DNA of 63,691 bases, filler included, from Octopus bimaculoides (taxonomy: Eukaryota): the NCBI RefSeq assembly GCF_001194135.2. It is 5 parts of 5 records of this genome, joined end to end, with 100 filler letters (N's around TTAATTAATTAA, not from the genome) between each part and the next. Parts side by side here need not be neighbours in the genome. Positions count along the whole stretch, not along the records: positions 59,105 to 63,691 come from NC_068988.1; 4 more parts are not named here. One strand, written 5' to 3'. The translations under genes were made by a program, and so were the position numbers. The notes beneath the pieces were generated by a model, which searched no databases, was not told the origin of the DNA, and saw only the letters and a list, made by a program, of their open reading frames with translations. Below, in pieces: positions 62,108 to 63,691 of the stretch; within the stretch, counting starts at the first letter, position 1, and the number at the start of each line of letters is the position of its first letter.

Positions 62108-63687
62108 ACATGGCAGAGACGTAACCCCACTTCCCACTTTATTTTTTTTTTACAGAAACATGCGTTTTCGGCTATGGAAGTTCCAGTTCTGAAAAAAAAA
62201 ATTGGCAAAAATCGCAACTACAAAATTTCAATTTTTCAAAAAAAAAAAAAAATCCACCCCCCACTCTCGATTCTACGGCTTTCAAGCAGGCTATCCACAT
62301 GCTAGAAATAACAGCCAAATCTCGCACAAACTCTTTTTGGCACATACGAACATACTCTGTAAAGAATGTATCAGTCTTTTCCTTTCCCTTGGATAATATT
62401 GGTGGCAATGAAAAGGTAGGCTGGTATGCATAGTTGACGACCGGTCTTCCATAAACAAATTTGCCCAGACTTGTACCTTGGAGGGGAACTTTCTAGGTGC
62501 AATCTCATGGTCATTCATGACCGAAAGGGATCTTTCCCCTTTTCCCCTAGTAGATATTAGTTACGACACAGGTCCTCTACAAAAACCTGCACTACCGCAC
62601 CTCCTTCTCATAGATCATTCTCTTGTCCACTGGTATAATGCTGACCCACAGGACTTGTATTTCTGCGATGTACATGGCAACCTCAATAGTCAGGTCGTAT
62701 GAAAAGAAAGCACTCAGTCCATGTTGTAAAGTGGTCGATGTTAAGAAGGGCATCTAGCCATAAATAGGAGACAAAACACAGACATTGGAGCACAGCGCAG
62801 TCCTTGGACACATCGGATCCTGTCAAACAGTCCAGCCCATACCAGCAAGGAACATGGATGTTAGATGATGATGATGATGATTTATATATTTTTTGTGAAA
62901 ATGTTCCTGAATATAACAACACGACAATCAAGACAATAATGAACATAATTATAAGCATGCGTGTATGTATAGATAGTAGATTGATTACATATTTCTTTCA
63001 TTATTTTGTCGCAGTTTTTTTTTTTTTTTTTTTTTTTTCCACCCAACAAGTTCCTATATGATGAAAACCTACACTATCTGAAGTATATATGTAGAAAAGT
63101 TTGCGAAGAAATAAAGCCTGCTGATATGGGAATTTTTCGAAACTCCTCCCCACCTCAGGGTAAAACTTTTTCCGAAAAAAAAAAAATCCGATATAATCGG
63201 CATCTACACCATATGAAGCGTATATGTCGAACATTTTATCAAAAAATATCAATTTTTCTGAAAGTTAAAAGGAAACAAAATCGAGGTGGCACAATTGTGT
63301 AAGAATGCACAATGCAAGGCATTCGATATGTATGTATGTGCCAAAAAGAATTTGTGTGAGATTTGGCTGTTATTTCTAGCATGTGGATAGCCTGCTTGAA
63401 GGCCGTAGAATCGAGAATAGAGGTGGGGTGGAATTTATTTTTTTTTTGAAATTTTACAAACATTTTTTTTTCAGAATCATAATCTCCGTATTTTTCTACG
63501 CATTTCGCCAAAAAAATTTCTGAAAGAATTGTAAAATGAAGAAATGGTGGAGTGGGGGTAAAGACTTTGAAGTTGTGATTTTTGCCAATTTTCTTTCAGA
63601 ATCGGAATCTCCATAGCCGAAAACGTAGGTTTCCGTAAAAAATGATAATAATAAAGTGGGAGGAGGTTGGTTACGTCTCCGCCATGT
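62108..63687. mobile_element. Long inverted-repeat element (arms about 245 and 360 bp), unclassified
   Basis: 62108-62352 is the reverse complement of 63330-63687 apart from an extra segment of about 100 bp in the right arm; both begin ACATGGC.GAGACGTAACC; contains SINE E and D fragments. Confidence 0.8.
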
Positions 63688-63691
63688 GCGC

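Overview
AT-rich, microsatellite-dense, repeat-dominated animal genomic DNA with many N gaps. The SINE families (tRNA-type heads, CORE-like TTGGGCAAGTGTCTT block, ATGATG/AAT tails) point to a cephalopod, most likely Octopus (inference, not database-checked). There is no complete protein-coding gene, rRNA, tRNA or CRISPR array. Supported content: five mariner/Tc1 remnants from several lineages, a hAT-Charlie/Buster derivative with an exact 8-bp TSD, REL-endonuclease and RTE LINE 3' fragments, two Helentron/DINE-1-like HINEs, palindromic and piggyBac-like MITEs, and dozens of SINEs (informal families A-E), often nested or in head-to-tail arrays. The most novel-looking signal is minimal type-I hammerhead-ribozyme architecture in two unrelated short repeat families next to (TA)n tracts (9908-9944 plus two more copies; 57164-57227), all with non-canonical cores. 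Tentative genic signals: a TATA/Inr/ATG/donor first exon on the minus strand at 61.3-61.4 kb, a poly(A)-polymerase/TUTase-like mini-exon (46029-46075, -), an adhesion-GPCR TM4-like exon (58014-58086, +), and a CpG-depleted domain (about 24.9-56.9 kb) bounded by artificial 100-bp scaffold linkers. Almost all ORFs in the supplied track are microsatellite or N-gap artefacts. Repeat boundaries are hand-read and approximate unless a TSD or TIR is quoted.
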